DNA of 64,000 nt from Bdellovibrionota bacterium (GCA_963668355.1 OY764265.1:1344001-1408000); one strand, 5' to 3'; positions 46,112 to 56,076 are shown, counted from the stretch's first letter. Notes: a model not told the origin generated them from the sequence alone. Numbers and translations: made by a program.

Positions 46112-46486
46112 ATGGTTACGTTTTTAACGGTCTTGCATGTCATTGTTTGCCTATTCCTCATCATCATCGTTCTTCTTCAGCACGGAAAAGGTGCCGATAT
46201 GGGCGCAACGTTTGGCGGTAGCAGCCAAACGGTCTTCGGAACCGGAGGAGCGGCCACGTTTCTGGGGAAAGTCACAGTAGCGGCGGTTGTCATCTTTATG
46301 GTTACAAGCATGTCTTTAGCTTTTCTTTCGTCCCGCTCGTCCTCGGACAGCCTTTTAAAAGAAGAGGCCACCAGCGCTGAGATGAAGGCTGAAGAAAAGA
46401 AAGAAGAACCCCAGAAGGAGTCTGGTGCTCCCTCTGCCGAGAGTCAGCAAGATCCAGCCCCAGCCAAAAAAGAAAAAGGAAAATAG
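46112..46486 (+). CDS. secG: Preprotein translocase subunit SecG
   Basis: LLQHGKGADMGATFGGSSQTVFG between two TM helices; follows tpiA. Confidence 0.96.
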   Translation: MVTFLTVLHVIVCLFLIIIVLLQHGKGADMGATFGGSSQTVFGTGGAATFLGKVTVAAVVIFMVTSMSLAFLSSRSSSDSLLKEEATSAEMKAEEKKEEPQKESGAPSAESQQDPAPAKKEKGK

Positions 46487-46542
46487 TTTCCATTTTTTCA
46501 AATAGGCTCCGGAATTTCGGTTTGGTGTTACAATAAGCCGAT

Positions 46543-47700
46543 ATGATTTCCCGAAGATTTGTTGCCCTGGCCATAGGATTTCTGTTTTTCATTTGTGCCT
46601 TTCCGCTCTATGCCCAAACTCAAGGGGTTGTGAGTGCGCGTTTGGCCAATGTTCGAGAAAAGCCAACCACGCGAAGCGAAGTGTTGATGAGACTTCGAAA
46701 GGGGCAGAAACTCCAAGTCCTTAGTCAACGAGGGAAGTGGTACAAAGTTCGAGTCAAAGTGGATGCCAATTTCACATTCGATGGCTGGATGTCTAAGAAG
46801 GTGGTCAAAGTAAAGAAAGCCTCTTCCTCTCGCTCACGACGTTCTTCTGGGAAAGTCGCGCCACCTCCCCGAAGAGTGTCCCCTCCGGCGAGAAGGACAC
46901 CGCCCAGACGTTCCACGACGATCGCCCAAGAAAGGCAAAAATTTGATGGAGGTCGAGGAGAAGTCTCTCTCTCATTGGGGTACCAAATTTACAATTATTC
47001 CGTGGAAACCGGAGGTGCGGCTCCGTCAAAATTGTTCTCCTATAATCTTCCAGGAATTGGGGGAGAAGCGCGTGCCAAGTATTGGTTCATGCAAGTGATG
47101 GATGGAAAAGTCCATTTGGGGGGCACGTTTGGTCTGAACTATACGATGTACAAGCACACGACCAATCTCATGTTCACCAATAACACCACCACAGATCTTT
47201 CCACGTCACATACCTCTTACGACATGAAGGGCGCCTTTTTGGCGAAGTATTTATTGCGTTCGGGTGTGTTTGATTCGGTTTCATTGGGCTTGGGGTTTGA
47301 ATACTTTAAATTTAGCGCGGACGATGTTGAAAGCGACACGGGTCCCATCGGCCTCTACACCTCTCAGACCATGAGCAGTCTGTACGCAGATCTATCAGCG
47401 AGATTGTTTTTTGGAGGTTTAACGGCGGATCTGGGTGCAGACGTCCTCTTTCTGAACTTTGCTTCAGAAAGCCCCGATGGAACGACGGGTAGCGACCCCA
47501 GTGGGGGCATTGGTTTTGTTCCCAAAATCCAGTTCGGATACCAACTTGGAGGACATCACAATGTCTCCCTCGGGTATTCGTTGAAGATGCAAAGCACATC
47601 TTTTTCAGGAGCGGGGAGCCGAGTTGGATCGTCGCTTACGGATGGAAGCATTTCTGTGAAGTCTCATCAACTGACGGCAGGGTATTACTACTCATTCTAA
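46543..47700 (+). CDS. Outer-membrane protein: SH3b domain, Arg/Pro/Ser-rich linker, beta-barrel
   Basis: Signal peptide; ANVREKP...L.KGQKLQVL...WYKVRV...GWMS (SH3b); PPPRRVSPPARRTPPRR linker; amphipathic strands ending AGYYYSF. Confidence 0.75.
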   Translation: MISRRFVALAIGFLFFICAFPLYAQTQGVVSARLANVREKPTTRSEVLMRLRKGQKLQVLSQRGKWYKVRVKVDANFTFDGWMSKKVVKVKKASSSRSRRSSGKVAPPPRRVSPPARRTPPRRSTTIAQERQKFDGGRGEVSLSLGYQIYNYSVETGGAAPSKLFSYNLPGIGGEARAKYWFMQVMDGKVHLGGTFGLNYTMYKHTTNLMFTNNTTTDLSTSHTSYDMKGAFLAKYLLRSGVFDSVSLGLGFEYFKFSADDVESDTGPIGLYTSQTMSSLYADLSARLFFGGLTADLGADVLFLNFASESPDGTTGSDPSGGIGFVPKIQFGYQLGGHHNVSLGYSLKMQSTSFSGAGSRVGSSLTDGSISVKSHQLTAGYYYSF

Positions 47701-47713
47701 GGAGCCATCGACA

Positions 47714-47920
47714 ATGAAACACTGGGTATCTACGATTTGTTTGGTTTGTTTGGGATTGCTTGGCCTTTTGGGATTTGTTCATTGTGGCTCTGTGAATGTT
47801 GCCGATTTGAATGCGGACAGTTTTTCCAATTTGGAGGACTTCGACAACGTAGACAATACGAGTCGTTTGGGCCTTTTTTCCGATCCGAAGATTGTTTTTC
47901 CGAAAAATGACGAAGAATAG
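47714..47920 (+). CDS. Small putative lipoprotein
   Basis: AAGGAG SD; hydrophobic leader ending FVH-C-G; acidic mature part of about 45 aa. Confidence 0.65.
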   Translation: MKHWVSTICLVCLGLLGLLGFVHCGSVNVADLNADSFSNLEDFDNVDNTSRLGLFSDPKIVFPKNDEE

Positions 47921-47925
47921 TTAGG

Positions 47926-48390
47926 TTGCTCCATCGTTACGCAAAGAAGAGATTGAAGAGCCGGCGAACACAAGTTTGTGTGCTTCTGTGTTTCCTTTCT
48001 TTTGGTTGCGGCAAGGTGGAGATTGCCGATCTCGACGCCGATGACTATACAACCCTCTCCATTGGATCGTGTGCCGAAGTTCCTGCATCTTTTTCCGAAA
48101 ACGTAATTCCCATTTTTTCAGAACAGGGATGCACCAATGGAAGTTGTCATGGAAATGGTTTCGAGTCCGGAACGCTAAACTTAGATGCCTCTCTTTCGGG
48201 CGGCATTTCAGCGGTTCACGAAGAGATTCTGGAAGGTCGAATCGACGAAGAAAATCCATCCAGTAGTTTGATTTTGATTAAACCGTTGGGGTTGGAAAAC
48301 CATGGAGGAGAAGAACGGTTTTCGGGTTTGGAAGATCCAAATTACATCACTATTTTTTGCTGGATAGAAGCCGGCTTCCCCAACGATTAA
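47926..48390 (+). CDS. Putative lipoprotein with a planctomycete cytochrome-c-like domain (Cx4CH)
   Basis: Lipobox-like LSFG-C; SFSENVIPIF...GCTNGSCHG...RID.ENP.SSLILIKP...HGG..RF...Y.TI..WI..G. Start may be TTG 47953. Confidence 0.7.
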   Translation: MLHRYAKKRLKSRRTQVCVLLCFLSFGCGKVEIADLDADDYTTLSIGSCAEVPASFSENVIPIFSEQGCTNGSCHGNGFESGTLNLDASLSGGISAVHEEILEGRIDEENPSSSLILIKPLGLENHGGEERFSGLEDPNYITIFCWIEAGFPND

Positions 48391-48398
48391 AAGCGAAA

Positions 48399-49385
48399 CT
48401 ATTTTGACTCGTTCATAAGACGCGAAGGTTTAAACGGTAAGCCTTTTATTTCACCCAAAGCCTTCCGAAGATGTTTTCTCTCATAGGTGTCAACGGCGTC
48501 CGAAAAAATTTCGAAAGAAGGCATGCCGTTGGGTCCAACCTCCCATAAGTCCGTTACCCACTTCTCATCTGTTCTTTCTTGAACGACGACGAGTTGTACG
48601 TGTGCTACCTCTGCCATGCCAAAAGAGTCTCCATCTGTTCGAAAATGTTCCAGGTACCCTAAATTTTTAAACCATTGAATGATTCTTTCGGCGTTTTCGG
48701 TCATGGCGATGCAGTCAAACCCTTCTTTCCCAGAAAAATTTACGGCAAATGTATTGAGATCTCCCTTTCCACTTTGGGAGAGGGGGGTGATGCTTCGTAA
48801 AAATGCGTAGGCGGATTGAAAGGCAAAAATTTCCGCAGCTTCATCCAGGGTTAACACTCCGTTGGAAATTCGGTTGAAGAATGTTCGCTTGCAGGCGAGT
48901 ACATCTTTATATGCAGAGCGGGCCAGGGGAGAAAAAAAGAGAGCGAGGATTTGAGCCTCTCGTTCTGGCAACACCACCTCAAAGTCGGAATAACGATTGA
49001 AAGAATGTTTGGTCAAAACCAGCGTTCGGTCTTCTTGAGGAATGGGTTCGGCCAAGTTTCTTTCATCGCGTAGCATCGATTGAAGCTGCCACAAACCAAG
49101 AATTCTACCTTGAATGTTCCAGCGAACACCGTGTCTTTGAACCCACCGGACATCCTCTACTTCTGGGAAAAACCCAGGAAGTAGTTCATTGAACATTTCA
49201 CGTTTTTGGCAAATGGGCCCTCGAATATCTCTGCGCTCTGAAAATGAAGGCTTGGACGCAAGGAGCTCTGAGAAAGGTTGATTGACCAGAGACCAGTCGA
49301 TATTTTTGGCCTGGATCTCAAGAGGGGTCGCGAAGACGAGGGTGAGTCCCAAGCAAAAAACGCTCGATTGTTTTACACATTTCAT
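48399..49385 (-). CDS. Secreted hypothetical protein with a candidate Cys-His-Asp (transglutaminase/papain-like) triad
   Basis: Signal peptide ending EIQA; C-terminal GFDCIAMTEN...LGYLEHF...AHVQLVVV.E.TDEKWVTDLW...NG.P. Confidence 0.6.
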   Translation of the reverse strand: MKCVKQSSVFCLGLTLVFATPLEIQAKNIDWSLVNQPFSELLASKPSFSERRDIRGPICQKREMFNELLPGFFPEVEDVRWVQRHGVRWNIQGRILGLWQLQSMLRDERNLAEPIPQEDRTLVLTKHSFNRYSDFEVVLPEREAQILALFFSPLARSAYKDVLACKRTFFNRISNGVLTLDEAAEIFAFQSAYAFLRSITPLSQSGKGDLNTFAVNFSGKEGFDCIAMTENAERIIQWFKNLGYLEHFRTDGDSFGMAEVAHVQLVVVQERTDEKWVTDLWEVGPNGMPSFEIFSDAVDTYERKHLRKALGEIKGLPFKPSRLMNESK

Positions 49386-49401
49386 TGCGAAGTAAGGAAG
49401 T

Positions 49402-49417
49402 TGCAAGTCCAAGACCA
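49402..49417 (-). promoter_or_regulatory. Sigma54 (-24/-12) promoter candidate for the 49385 gene
   Basis: Minus strand TGGTCTTGGACTTGCA = GG-N10-GC with TTGCA; IHF-like TTTCAAGGGGTTG at 49444-49456. Confidence 0.6.
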
Positions 49418-49613
49418 AGCATGTGAGCATAAAAAATGTATGATTTCAAGGGGTTGGCTTTGCCTAAATACGGGCACTGGGGAAAAGAGTTCCCGATATG
49501 GGCGGGTGAAAATGAAGGCCCGAAATGGGGGTAACTAGGACTCTTTCTCCCCAAATGTCCCAAATTCAAATGTTTTTGTGGCTCGGAAACCTTTGATTTT
49601 AAAGGGTTGACAG

Positions 49614-49629
49614 TGGTATAGGTCTTGCT
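49614..49629 (+). promoter_or_regulatory. Sigma54 (-24/-12) promoter candidate for the 49670 gene
   Basis: TGGTATAGGTCTTGCT = GG-N10-GC with TTGCT; IHF-like AATCAAAGGTTTC on the minus strand at 49586-49598. Confidence 0.65.
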
Positions 49630-49669
49630 TGTTTAGCAGGTCATGAATTGCTCTGACTTAGGAGGTCGT

Positions 49670-50236
49670 ATGAAGCGTTTTGGTGTTCTTTTGGCTGTAG
49701 GTTGTTTGGCTTTTTCGTTTTCGAATCTTAAGGCGGAAGAAGATTGTCCAAGCTGGTCCGATAAGAATGCGGTTCAAGCTTGGGTAAGCCAGGCAAGTGA
49801 TCGATTGCTTGAGTTGGCCAACACGTATTGTCCTGAAAATGGTTTCGGAACAAATTTCAGCTGTGATGAGGTGAGTGCGGCGCAGTACCATGTTTCAGCC
49901 ATTTTCGATATCGCAGCTCCCGTCACCGAGTGCTGTGTCGCAAAGGCAGAGAGCATGACACCGGCTCAGTCTTACCTTTTGCGCAACCGTCTCAATCAAA
50001 GAAAAAAACATATTGAAGAATATCATCGGGATATCTGCGAGTCGCGAGACCGAGTGGATCACTCCTTCCCCAAAGACATCTGGATGTGCATTGAAGAGTT
50101 GGTCCCGGATGCATGTGGTGACGTAGAATTGGTAGCTGCCGACTTGGAAGAGCAGGTGGGCCATGTGATTCAAGGTCACTTAAACCATCGCGTGGATTTT
50201 GAGGCGACCTTTACAGAAACCGCCGGAAAAATGTAA
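49670..50236 (+). CDS. Secreted cysteine-rich hypothetical protein
   Basis: AGGAGG SD; signal peptide MKRFGVLLAVGCLAFSFSNLKA; 8 Cys in the mature part; followed by its own terminator. Confidence 0.75.
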   Translation: MKRFGVLLAVGCLAFSFSNLKAEEDCPSWSDKNAVQAWVSQASDRLLELANTYCPENGFGTNFSCDEVSAAQYHVSAIFDIAAPVTECCVAKAESMTPAQSYLLRNRLNQRKKHIEEYHRDICESRDRVDHSFPKDIWMCIEELVPDACGDVELVAADLEEQVGHVIQGHLNHRVDFEATFTETAGKM

Positions 50237-50263
50237 GAATCCTTCTTTTAGATTTTTTTGCAT

Positions 50264-50303
50264 AGCCAAGGTCCTTAAAGAAAAAGGACCTTGGCTTTTT
50301 TTT
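50264..50303 (+). terminator. Rho-independent terminator
   Basis: Perfect 13-bp stem AGCCAAGGTCCTT/AAGGACCTTGGCT followed by a T-run. Confidence 0.9.
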
Positions 50304-50398
50304 GTGGTTGCTTGAAGCCCCTTTTATAGGGGGCTTCGCTCGGATTCGACCTGATTCGTTTACTTGTCCACAGGGTTGCTTCTGGTATTGTCCGCGCC

Positions 50399-51580
50399 AT
50401 GATGAGAGAGATTTGGATTGTTTCAGCGGCTCGGACTCCCATGGGGTCCTTCATGGGTGCACTTGCTAAGCAAACGGCGCCTCAACTCGGTTCTGTAGCG
50501 ATTCGCGAGGCGCTTCGGCGCGCGAACTTGAAAGGAGCAGACGTTTCAGAGGTCTACATGGGATGTGTCCTCACGACGGCCTTGGGGCAGGCTCCTGCCC
50601 GTCAAGCCGCTTTGGGAGCGGATATTCCAAACACCGTTCCCTGCACGACCGTGGGTAAAGTGTGTGGATCCGGCCTGAAATCGGTCATGTTGGGAGCCCA
50701 CGCCATTGCCTGCGGAGATGCGGATATCGTCGTTGCAGGCGGGATGGAAAGCATGTCCAACGCTCCCTATTCCCTGCCCAAAGCTCGGGAAGGCTATCGT
50801 CTCGGAGATGGAAAAATTGTGGATGTCATGGTGAAAGATGGCCTGTGGGATGTCTACAACGATTTCCATATGGGAAATTGTGCGGAGTTATGTGCCAAAG
50901 AGATGAACATCTCTCGTGAAGCCCAGGATGCCCACGCCAAAGAGAGCTATGAACGGGCCCAAAAAGCCATCGCGGATGGCTCGTTTAAGGATGAGATCGT
51001 TTCTGTGGAAATTCCGGGGAGAAAAGGCCAAGTCACGGTCGTTTCGGAAGATGAAGAGCCGGGACGCGTGAAATTTGAAAAAATCCCCACGCTCAAGCCG
51101 GTGTTCGATAAAAATGGAACGGTTACGGCAGCGAATGCTTCTTCGATCAATGATGGCGCAGCAGCCGTTGTGCTCATGGCGGCAGATGTCGCGAAAGAAA
51201 AGGGAATTACGCCGTTGGCCAAAATTTCAGGACAAGCCCAGGCGGCTCAAGCTCCCGAGTGGTTTACGACGGCACCCGCATTGGCCATTGAAAAGCTTTT
51301 TGAAAAATTGAATTGGTCCGCTGACTCGGTGGATCTTTATGAAATCAACGAAGCGTTTTCGGTGGTTGCCTTGGCCAATAATCAAAAACTCCATTTGAAC
51401 GATGAGAAAGTCAATGTTCATGGGGGCGCTGTTGGCCTGGGTCATCCCATTGGAGCCAGTGGGGCTCGTGTTCTTGTGACATTGCTTTATGCCATGAAAA
51501 AGCGTGAAGCGAAGACGGGGATTGCTTCGTTATGTTTGGGCGGGGGTGAAGCCGTCGCTTTGGGGGTTGAGAGAATCTAA
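50399..51580 (+). CDS. Acetyl-CoA C-acetyltransferase (thiolase)
   Basis: RTPMGSF, GQAPARQA, KVCGSG, GGMESMS, NASSINDGAAA, NEAF, GHPIGASG, CLGGG. Confidence 0.96.
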   Translation: MMREIWIVSAARTPMGSFMGALAKQTAPQLGSVAIREALRRANLKGADVSEVYMGCVLTTALGQAPARQAALGADIPNTVPCTTVGKVCGSGLKSVMLGAHAIACGDADIVVAGGMESMSNAPYSLPKAREGYRLGDGKIVDVMVKDGLWDVYNDFHMGNCAELCAKEMNISREAQDAHAKESYERAQKAIADGSFKDEIVSVEIPGRKGQVTVVSEDEEPGRVKFEKIPTLKPVFDKNGTVTAANASSINDGAAAVVLMAADVAKEKGITPLAKISGQAQAAQAPEWFTTAPALAIEKLFEKLNWSADSVDLYEINEAFSVVALANNQKLHLNDEKVNVHGGAVGLGHPIGASGARVLVTLLYAMKKREAKTGIASLCLGGGEAVALGVERI

Positions 51581-51598
51581 ATCGAGAGGAGAAAAAAT

Positions 51599-52450
51599 AT
51601 GTCGGTGAAAACCATAGGTGTTGTCGGCGCGGGACAAATGGGTGCGGGCATTGCTCAGGTAGCCTCGCAAAAGAAGTTTGATGTCATTTGTCATGATGTC
51701 AATGAAGAGAGAACGGCCTGGGGGAGAGCCTATATTGAAAAGAGCTTAGACCGTCTTCTTAAGAAAGAAAAAATCACGGAAGATGACAAGGTCGCGTTTT
51801 TGGGTCGAATTAAGTTTGTCACCGATTTAAAAGATCTCAAAGGGGCCAACTTGGTTGTGGAGGCTGCGACCGAGAATGTGAAAATTAAGGAAGAAATTTT
51901 CAAAAAACTGGATGAAATTCTTCCTCCCGAAGCTCTTCTAGGCAGCAACACCTCATCCATTTCCATCACCAAGATTGCCTCGTTTACGCAACGTCCAGAA
52001 AAGGTCATCGGCATGCATTTCATGAATCCGGTTCCTTTGATGAAATTGGTGGAGGTGATTCGAGGCTTGTTAACGTCGGATGAGACCTACAAAACCACAA
52101 TCGATGTCGCAACCCAGTTGGGAAAAGAGTGCGTGACGGTGCGGGATTTCCCCGGATTTTTGGTGAACCGAATTCTTTGCCCAATGATCAATGAAGCGGT
52201 TTTTGCCCTGGAATCTGAGATTGCGACTCCAGAAGACATCGATCAGGCGATGGTTTTGGGGACCAATCAACCCATGGGGCCCTTGGCCTTAGCGGATTTC
52301 ATTGGCCTGGATACGGTTTTGGCCATCATGGAAGTCTTGCATGAGGGGTTGGGAGATAGCAAATACCGTCCCGCTCCCTTGCTTCGAAAGTATGTTACTG
52401 CAGGCCTTTTGGGTCGAAAAACCGGAAGAGGATTTCATGTCTACGGTTGA
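51599..52450 (+). CDS. hbd: 3-hydroxybutyryl-CoA dehydrogenase
   Basis: [60 protein letters not shown]. Confidence 0.93.
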   Translation: MSVKTIGVVGAGQMGAGIAQVASQKKFDVICHDVNEERTAWGRAYIEKSLDRLLKKEKITEDDKVAFLGRIKFVTDLKDLKGANLVVEAATENVKIKEEIFKKLDEILPPEALLGSNTSSISITKIASFTQRPEKVIGMHFMNPVPLMKLVEVIRGLLTSDETYKTTIDVATQLGKECVTVRDFPGFLVNRILCPMINEAVFALESEIATPEDIDQAMVLGTNQPMGPLALADFIGLDTVLAIMEVLHEGLGDSKYRPAPLLRKYVTAGLLGRKTGRGFHVYG

Positions 52451-53210
52451 GCTTCGCGTTGACGAACGGATCGCCACGCTCACGTTCAATCGACCGGAGG
52501 CTTTGAATGCGTTGAACCGCGAAGTGTTGATGGATCTCAAAAAGCATATTGATGATCTCAAAACCCGTTCGGATGTTTCTGTGGTGGTGCTGACCGGTGC
52601 GGGTGAAAAAGCCTTTGTGGCGGGTGCGGACATCAAACAGATGAGTGCGTTTTCGCCTCTGGATGCCAGTTGCTTCGCTGATTTCGGTCAGAGTGTGTTG
52701 TTTGGGTTGGAGCATTTGCCGCAAGTAACCATTGCGATGGTCAATGGTTTTGCCTTGGGAGGCGGGTGTGAAATTGCCATGGCTTGTGACCTTATCTATG
52801 CGTCGGAGAAGGCCAAGTTTGGGCAACCCGAAATCAATCTGGGAGTGATCCCCGGTTTTGGAGGGACACAAAGGCTTCTGCGTTGGGTGGGGCCTCAAAA
52901 AGCTCGGGAGTTGATCTATACCGGGAACATGATCAAAGCCGACCAAGCCTTGGAGATGGGCTTGGTGGCCGGTGTGTTTTCCAAGGAAACCTTTGTGGAA
53001 GAAACCCTGAAAATTGCGGGGCAGATCGCGGACAAAGGAACCGAAGCGGTTTACCGAGCCAAAACGGCCTTGCGCGAAGGAATGAATACGGATTTAAATC
53101 GTGCGTGCTTGATTGAGCGGGAGCAGTTTGCACTTTGTTTTGATCATCCGGACCAAAAAGAAGGAATGAACGCGTTTTTAGAAAAACGAAAACCAAATTG
53201 GAGACGGTGA
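52437..53210 (+). CDS. crt: Enoyl-CoA hydratase (crotonase)
   Basis: [47 protein letters not shown]. Start ATG 52437. Confidence 0.9.
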   Translation: MSTVELRVDERIATLTFNRPEALNALNREVLMDLKKHIDDLKTRSDVSVVVLTGAGEKAFVAGADIKQMSAFSPLDASCFADFGQSVLFGLEHLPQVTIAMVNGFALGGGCEIAMACDLIYASEKAKFGQPEINLGVIPGFGGTQRLLRWVGPQKARELIYTGNMIKADQALEMGLVAGVFSKETFVEETLKIAGQIADKGTEAVYRAKTALREGMNTDLNRACLIEREQFALCFDHPDQKEGMNAFLEKRKPNWRR

Positions 53211-53211
53211 A

Positions 53212-54363
53212 ATGAACTTTGAGTTGACCGAAGAACATGTCCAGTTGAGGGACATGGTTCGTGAATTTGCACACAAAGAATTGAAATCCGTTGCGGCTGA
53301 GAATGATAAGACATGTACCTACCCCAAAGAGGCCATCCGAAAATTGGGTGAACTTGGGCTCATGGGAATCACGGTTCCTGAAAAGTGGGGTGGGGCGGAA
53401 ATGGATCCGTTGTCTTACGTTTTGGTCATCGAAGAGGTTTCCAAAGTTTGTGCCTCCACGGGAGTCATTCTTTCGGTCAACAACTCCTTGGTTTGTGAAG
53501 TTCTGAAGAAATACGGAACCGATGAACAAAAGAAGAAATATCTGATTCCATGTGCCAGTGGACAAAAACTGGGAGCGTATTGTTTGACTGAACCCATGTC
53601 TGGTTCAGATGCAGGAACTCAAAAAACGACGGCGGTTGCCCAAGGAGACCACTATGTGGTGAATGGAGCCAAGAACTTCATCACGAACGGTTTGCAAGCC
53701 GAAGTGTTTATTCTGTTTTGCATGACGGCCCCGGAAAAAAAGAGCAAAGGGGTTAGCGCGTTTGTGATTGAGCCGACGTTGGATGGCTTCGAAATGGGAA
53801 AAGACGAAAACAAAACAGGTGTTCGCTCCACCAGCACGTGCACCATTAGTTTTACAGACATGAAGGTGCCCAAAGAAAATCTCCTGGGAAAAGAAGGGGA
53901 GGGATACAAAATGGCCCTTTCCATATTGGACGGGGGTCGCATTGGCATTGCGGCGCAGGCGACAGGAATTGCTCAGGCCGCTTTGGATGAAGCGATTCGA
54001 TACGCGAAAGAACGAAAAGCTTTTGGAAAACCCATCGCAAAATTTCAAGGATTGCGTTGGATGTTGGCAGACATGGCGACCGATGTGGAGTCGGCTCGGC
54101 TTCTGACTTATCAGGCAGCGTACAAGAAGTCTTTGGGTGAAAGGTGTACGAAAGAAGCGGCCATTGCCAAGTTGTTTGCGGCCGAGGCCTCTTCTCGTGT
54201 GACCAATAAGTCTTTGCAGATCCATGGTGGGTATGGATATACGAAGGATTACCCTGTAGAAAGATTCGTTCGGGACGCCCGTGTGACGGAAATTTATGAA
54301 GGCACGAGTGAGGTTCAGCGCCTCGTGATTGCCAATCAAGTATTAAAGGAAGTTGGAGAGTAA
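53212..54363 (+). CDS. Short-chain (butyryl-CoA-type) acyl-CoA dehydrogenase
   Basis: [48 protein letters not shown]. Confidence 0.93.
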   Translation: MNFELTEEHVQLRDMVREFAHKELKSVAAENDKTCTYPKEAIRKLGELGLMGITVPEKWGGAEMDPLSYVLVIEEVSKVCASTGVILSVNNSLVCEVLKKYGTDEQKKKYLIPCASGQKLGAYCLTEPMSGSDAGTQKTTAVAQGDHYVVNGAKNFITNGLQAEVFILFCMTAPEKKSKGVSAFVIEPTLDGFEMGKDENKTGVRSTSTCTISFTDMKVPKENLLGKEGEGYKMALSILDGGRIGIAAQATGIAQAALDEAIRYAKERKAFGKPIAKFQGLRWMLADMATDVESARLLTYQAAYKKSLGERCTKEAAIAKLFAAEASSRVTNKSLQIHGGYGYTKDYPVERFVRDARVTEIYEGTSEVQRLVIANQVLKEVGE

Positions 54364-54365
54364 GC

Positions 54366-56030
54366 GTGGGAAACGATTTTAAGAAAGCGTATGAAGCTTG
54401 GGAAAAGAATGTTTTGCAAAAGACCTTGGAGAAACGTCCGGAGCGGCAAAAAGAGTTCTCGACGATTTCGAGTCAACCCATTGATCGATTGTATACGCCT
54501 TTAAATTTAGAAGATTTCCGTTACGAAAAAGATTTGGGGAATCCTGGGGAGTTTCCCTTCACGCGTGGAATTCACTCTACGATGTACCGCGGCCGTTTGT
54601 GGACCATGCGCCAGTTTGCGGGCTTTGGTACGGCCCACGATTCCAACCAACGGTATCGTTATCTCTTGGAGAAAGGTCAGACAGGCTTGTCAGTTGCTTT
54701 TCATATGCCCACCATCATGGGGTATGATTCGGACTCGGATCGTTCTCGGGGAGAGGTCGGAAAAACCGGAGTCGCGATTGATACCTTGGCGGATATGGAG
54801 ACGCTCTTTGATCAAATTCCGTTGGATCAAGTGACCACATCCATGACGATCAATGCGCCGGCGGCCATTCTTCTATCCATGTATTTGGTGGCGGCTGAGA
54901 AACAGGGCGTTTCTTGGGATAAGGTCGGAGGAACGACACAAAACGATATTCTCAAGGAATACATCGCGCAGAAGTCTTGGATTTATCCACCCAAGCCTTC
55001 CATGCGTTTAATCACGGATATGATTGGTTTCTGTACGGAAAATGTTCCGCGTTGGAATACCATTTCGATTTCCGGCTATCATATTCGGGAAGCGGGCTCG
55101 ACAGCTGCTCAGGAGCTGGCTTTTACACTCGCGGATGGAATCGGTTACGTCCAGGCCGGGGTAGATGCGGGAATGGATGTAGATGATTTTGCACCCCGAC
55201 TTTCCTTCTTTTTCAATGCGCACAGCGATTTCTTTGAGGAAGTGGCCAAGTATCGTGCTGCCCGTCGAATTTGGGCTCGCGTTATGAAGGAACGCTTTAA
55301 GGCCAAGACGGATCGAAGTTGTATGCTTCGGTTTCATACGCAAACCGCCGGTTGTTCTCTGACGGCTCAGCAGCCCTATAACAATGTTGTCCGAACGACC
55401 ATTCAAGCCTTGGCGGCTGTGTTGGGTGGTACTCAATCGTTACATACCAACTCGTTGGACGAGACGTTGGCTTTGCCTACGGAAGAAACCGTTACACTGG
55501 CGCTTCGTACGCAACAGATCATTGCGGAGGAGTCGGGCGTGGCTTCTTCCATTGATCCGCTAGGTGGGAGTTATTTTGTGGAGTCCTTGACCGATGAAAT
55601 GGAAAGGCAGGCCATGGATTACATTCGGACCATCGATGAATTGGGAGGAATCATTCCCGCGATCGAGAAGGGGTATCCCCAGAAGGAAATTGGGAATGCT
55701 TCCTACCATTATCAACAGCAATTGGAGAGAGATGAAAAGATAGTTGTCGGTATCAATAAGTATGTAACGGACCACGATGAACCCATTCCCACGCTTCATA
55801 TTGATGAAGCCGTGGAAAAAAATCAGATTGAAAGTTTAAAGCAGGTAAAATCCAATCGAGATCAAAGCCAGGTAAATCAAAAGCTTGCGGCATTGAAGGA
55901 AGCGGCACAAGGAACTCAAAATGTGATGCCGTTTATCATTGATGCGGTTCGTTCATATGCCTCGTTGGGAGAAATGTGCGATGTGTTTCGAGAGGTCTTT
56001 GGGGAATATCATGACCCCAAGTGGTTGTGA
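54366..56030 (+). CDS. B12-dependent acyl-CoA mutase large subunit with isobutyryl-CoA mutase (IcmA) signature
   Basis: [52 protein letters not shown] and Q at the specificity positions where methylmalonyl-CoA mutase has Y and R. Confidence 0.9.
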   Translation: MGNDFKKAYEAWEKNVLQKTLEKRPERQKEFSTISSQPIDRLYTPLNLEDFRYEKDLGNPGEFPFTRGIHSTMYRGRLWTMRQFAGFGTAHDSNQRYRYLLEKGQTGLSVAFHMPTIMGYDSDSDRSRGEVGKTGVAIDTLADMETLFDQIPLDQVTTSMTINAPAAILLSMYLVAAEKQGVSWDKVGGTTQNDILKEYIAQKSWIYPPKPSMRLITDMIGFCTENVPRWNTISISGYHIREAGSTAAQELAFTLADGIGYVQAGVDAGMDVDDFAPRLSFFFNAHSDFFEEVAKYRAARRIWARVMKERFKAKTDRSCMLRFHTQTAGCSLTAQQPYNNVVRTTIQALAAVLGGTQSLHTNSLDETLALPTEETVTLALRTQQIIAEESGVASSIDPLGGSYFVESLTDEMERQAMDYIRTIDELGGIIPAIEKGYPQKEIGNASYHYQQQLERDEKIVVGINKYVTDHDEPIPTLHIDEAVEKNQIESLKQVKSNRDQSQVNQKLAALKEAAQGTQNVMPFIIDAVRSYASLGEMCDVFREVFGEYHDPKWL

Positions 56031-56076
56031 GCGGTGTTTCAGTTGAGCTCGAATGGAAGTTAGGTAGGAGAGGACG

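Noticed and set aside
46487..46542. tRNA-Leu often found after secG
   Set aside because: Only 56 bp are available, with no cloverleaf or T-loop motif.
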